Below, in pieces: positions 61,535 to 64,000 of a stretch of 64,000 nt of DNA. This DNA comes from Balanoglossus misakiensis (lineage: Eukaryota; Animalia; Hemichordata). The first letter of the stretch is position 1. Each line of letters starts with the position of its first letter. The DNA lies in NCBI GenBank assembly GCA_040954595.2, contig CM082583.2, positions 11,111,656 to 11,175,655 on the forward strand. The letters are read 5' to 3'. Made by a program: the position numbers and the translations under genes. The notes under the pieces are model-generated. The model had not been told where the DNA came from. It made no database searches and worked only from the letters and a program-made list of their open reading frames with translations.

Positions 61535-64000
61535 TAAAGAACAGAATTAGATTTTGAACTTTACTGATGTACCCCAGAAGTCATGATGTAGACGACATAA
61601 CTGGTGTGATCACAAAAATTCTCTGACAACTTTTCCATGGTGGTAGCTAAGACTGATTGAGTACTTTGAACAGTTGGGTTGGCAGTTAAATCACAGATTT
61701 AATGGTAATCCTCCAGAACAAAGCAACCAAAGGTTGTGACACTCAGAATGTTCTAAATTAAACATTTAACCCTGATTTTACTGTAGAACATATCGCTTTA
61801 CACCAGCTTGTCACCAGCACCTGTCATGACATCAAATATTAAATCTTCACTGAACCTTTCTTTCTATTTTGAATTGGCAGTAATGTTTTTTCCATGGCTT
61901 TTTGATTTTAACACCTTTGCCTTAAATTTACTCATATTTTTATGGGTGAAAAATATCAGATTTTTATCACTCATAGATCTTATGGATTTCTGTGATAAGT
62001 TAAAAGGGAATGCAATCATTATTTTGCAATATTTTCTCTGCATTGGAAAGGGAGGAGCCACTCCATAAAAAGTATTTGCCCATTTATTTAATTTCCATTT
62101 TGACGCGGCTTGTCTAGACGAGATTATCTGCAAAGATAAAATGTTCACACACCGAAGGGAATCAGCACTGCAGACTCTGCTGATCCTGGAGATATATTTA
62201 GGTTTGGAAGGGATACTGCACAAAGCCAAATTCAATTGCCATCTGTTCAAATGTTACGGTTATTTTTGATATGAGCAATCACATTGTTCATAGGTAGCTA
62301 AAAAATAGACTACTGCTATCAACGGATCTATCTTGGCCACAGCTGCAGAACACACAATGCCACTGAAGTGATTCCTAAGAATTAATCGTGCCCATCAAAT
62401 GGCTTCATGTTTTATATGCCCAGACAAATACACTGAGTTTCTGTGATGGCCAAGTTAATGTGTCTGGCCAGAATTGAGAGGGAGAGATATGTGCATGTCC
62501 ATTAAAGATTGAAGCAAATGAGCATGCCCAGTCAAATTAAGTTACTTCTACGATGATGGTCACAGTCTGTAGGATGCCTATAGTGCAACAAATCATAGTA
62601 GCTATGCGACGACTACAGTTACAGACTGTTAATGTGTACAAGAGATAAACATTTTCATTTACTGGATTAGCAGAATTTCCAGTATTCAATTTAAAATGTT
62701 TACTGATTGACATTTCTTTGAGTTACCTCAAAAATGTCAGTTTAATTAGTACCGGTATATCTTACAGAATCTGAAAAGTGTGCATTTATTAACTGTTAAT
62801 TTATAAGGTCTCTTGCCTATTTAAATTTCATTCAGGTTTGAAAACTTGTTATTGTTTTACAATCTGAGCGATTGAAGTTCTAAGTTTGTCAGAATATTTT
62901 TGCACTTTATGTGCCACATGTTAATATGCATACAGGGCCGCACCCACCGAGGCTAGAAAAGCAGACATGATTACTGCAGCATTTGATTTGATATTCATGA
63001 GTACTGTGGCACATGACGTAAATGGTTTAAATGCTGCTGCCCTAATCCATGTTTATCATTGAATCTCAATACATGTCGATCTGTGTTGCAAATACAAACA
63101 GAAAAGGTTTCTCTGTGGAATTCAAGTTTTATATGCACTGACCTATGTGTATGTCCTGTATCTGTAGGTATGGTCGTCAATATTGCTATCATTCCACAAC
63201 CTCTACATGGCAAGGAATTCTCCAGAGGCTATGCCGGCTTTTCTTTCCCACTGATGTAATCGATGAGTTTGGCACTGGATTACATCGAAGCCTGTCAAGC
63301 TGATGGAATGAGTTGACTGGTGGGCTTGCTGAAGTAGACAGTGAATCACTGTATTTCACAAAAAAAATCGCTGGTAAGTGATACTGTATACTTTATCTTT
63401 TGCTTCTCAATCGGCATAAAGGTTTTTAATCAAAACATTTTATCCCTCAAACACGATGTTCGTCCAGCTTCAGAGAAGTGGCTGAAAGGAAACAAAACCC
63501 AGATTACAGTTAAAGGAAATTAAGAGGTTTTATTTTCAGGTTTAAAAGAACTGAACACACATTACTGGATTGACATTTTAGAGAGATTAACCACTTGAAA
63601 AATTTCCATGCATTTGAAAAAACCTGCTAGAGCATGCACGGTGGTCTGCCGGCAAAAGGATGTGGTTAAAACCCAAACAGGAATGATGAACAGCATACGC
63701 TTATGACATGATGTACATGTATACGCTCGCTCAATATTTCTTCTCAAGGGTGATTGGAAATCAATGCATTTGTGAACAGCAGGCAGCAGCTGACCTAAAC
63801 TGTCAAATAATAATTACTGATCTTCTGCTCATTGGGGAAGAGAAATGGATATAGCCGCAGGCTCTCTAAGAATGTAACTGTACGTGACATTCTTATTCTC
63901 TCGGAAAATCTACATTTTAGTGTCATACAGGGAGGTCAGACTTTACAATGTTGGAAATTATCTGCAATTATTTTATCTGAAAGCCACAGTTTGTGCATGT

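Overview
Eukaryotic (metazoan, probably invertebrate) genomic DNA with spliceosomal introns; no prokaryotic operons or CRISPR. Bases 1-11880 are a very homogeneous 87-bp AT-rich satellite (~136 copies), which explains all the long ORFs there. It grades into 4 copies of a related, strongly palindromic 88-bp unit. Four genes were reconstructed by hand from splice sites: RASL12-like small GTPase (+, 5 coding exons), SLC16/MCT12-like transporter (+, 4 exons), ZFR/Zn72D zinc-finger DZF protein (-, 22 exons) and, head-to-head with it, a single-exon MYORG-like GH31 protein. Main observations: (1) the MYORG-like protein appears to lack both catalytic aspartates and other active-site residues (candidate pseudo-glycosidase); (2) two similar frame-preserving candidate microexons (12 and 15 nt) lie in the largest ZFR intron; (3) ZFR has a GC/GT tandem donor; (4) the SLC16 protein lacks the canonical charged transport residues; (5) the satellite shows higher-order structure and a possible hairpin/transposon origin; (6) a TTAA-flanked MITE supplies a poly(A) signal. 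Comparisons with human proteins are from memory and need confirmation by alignment.
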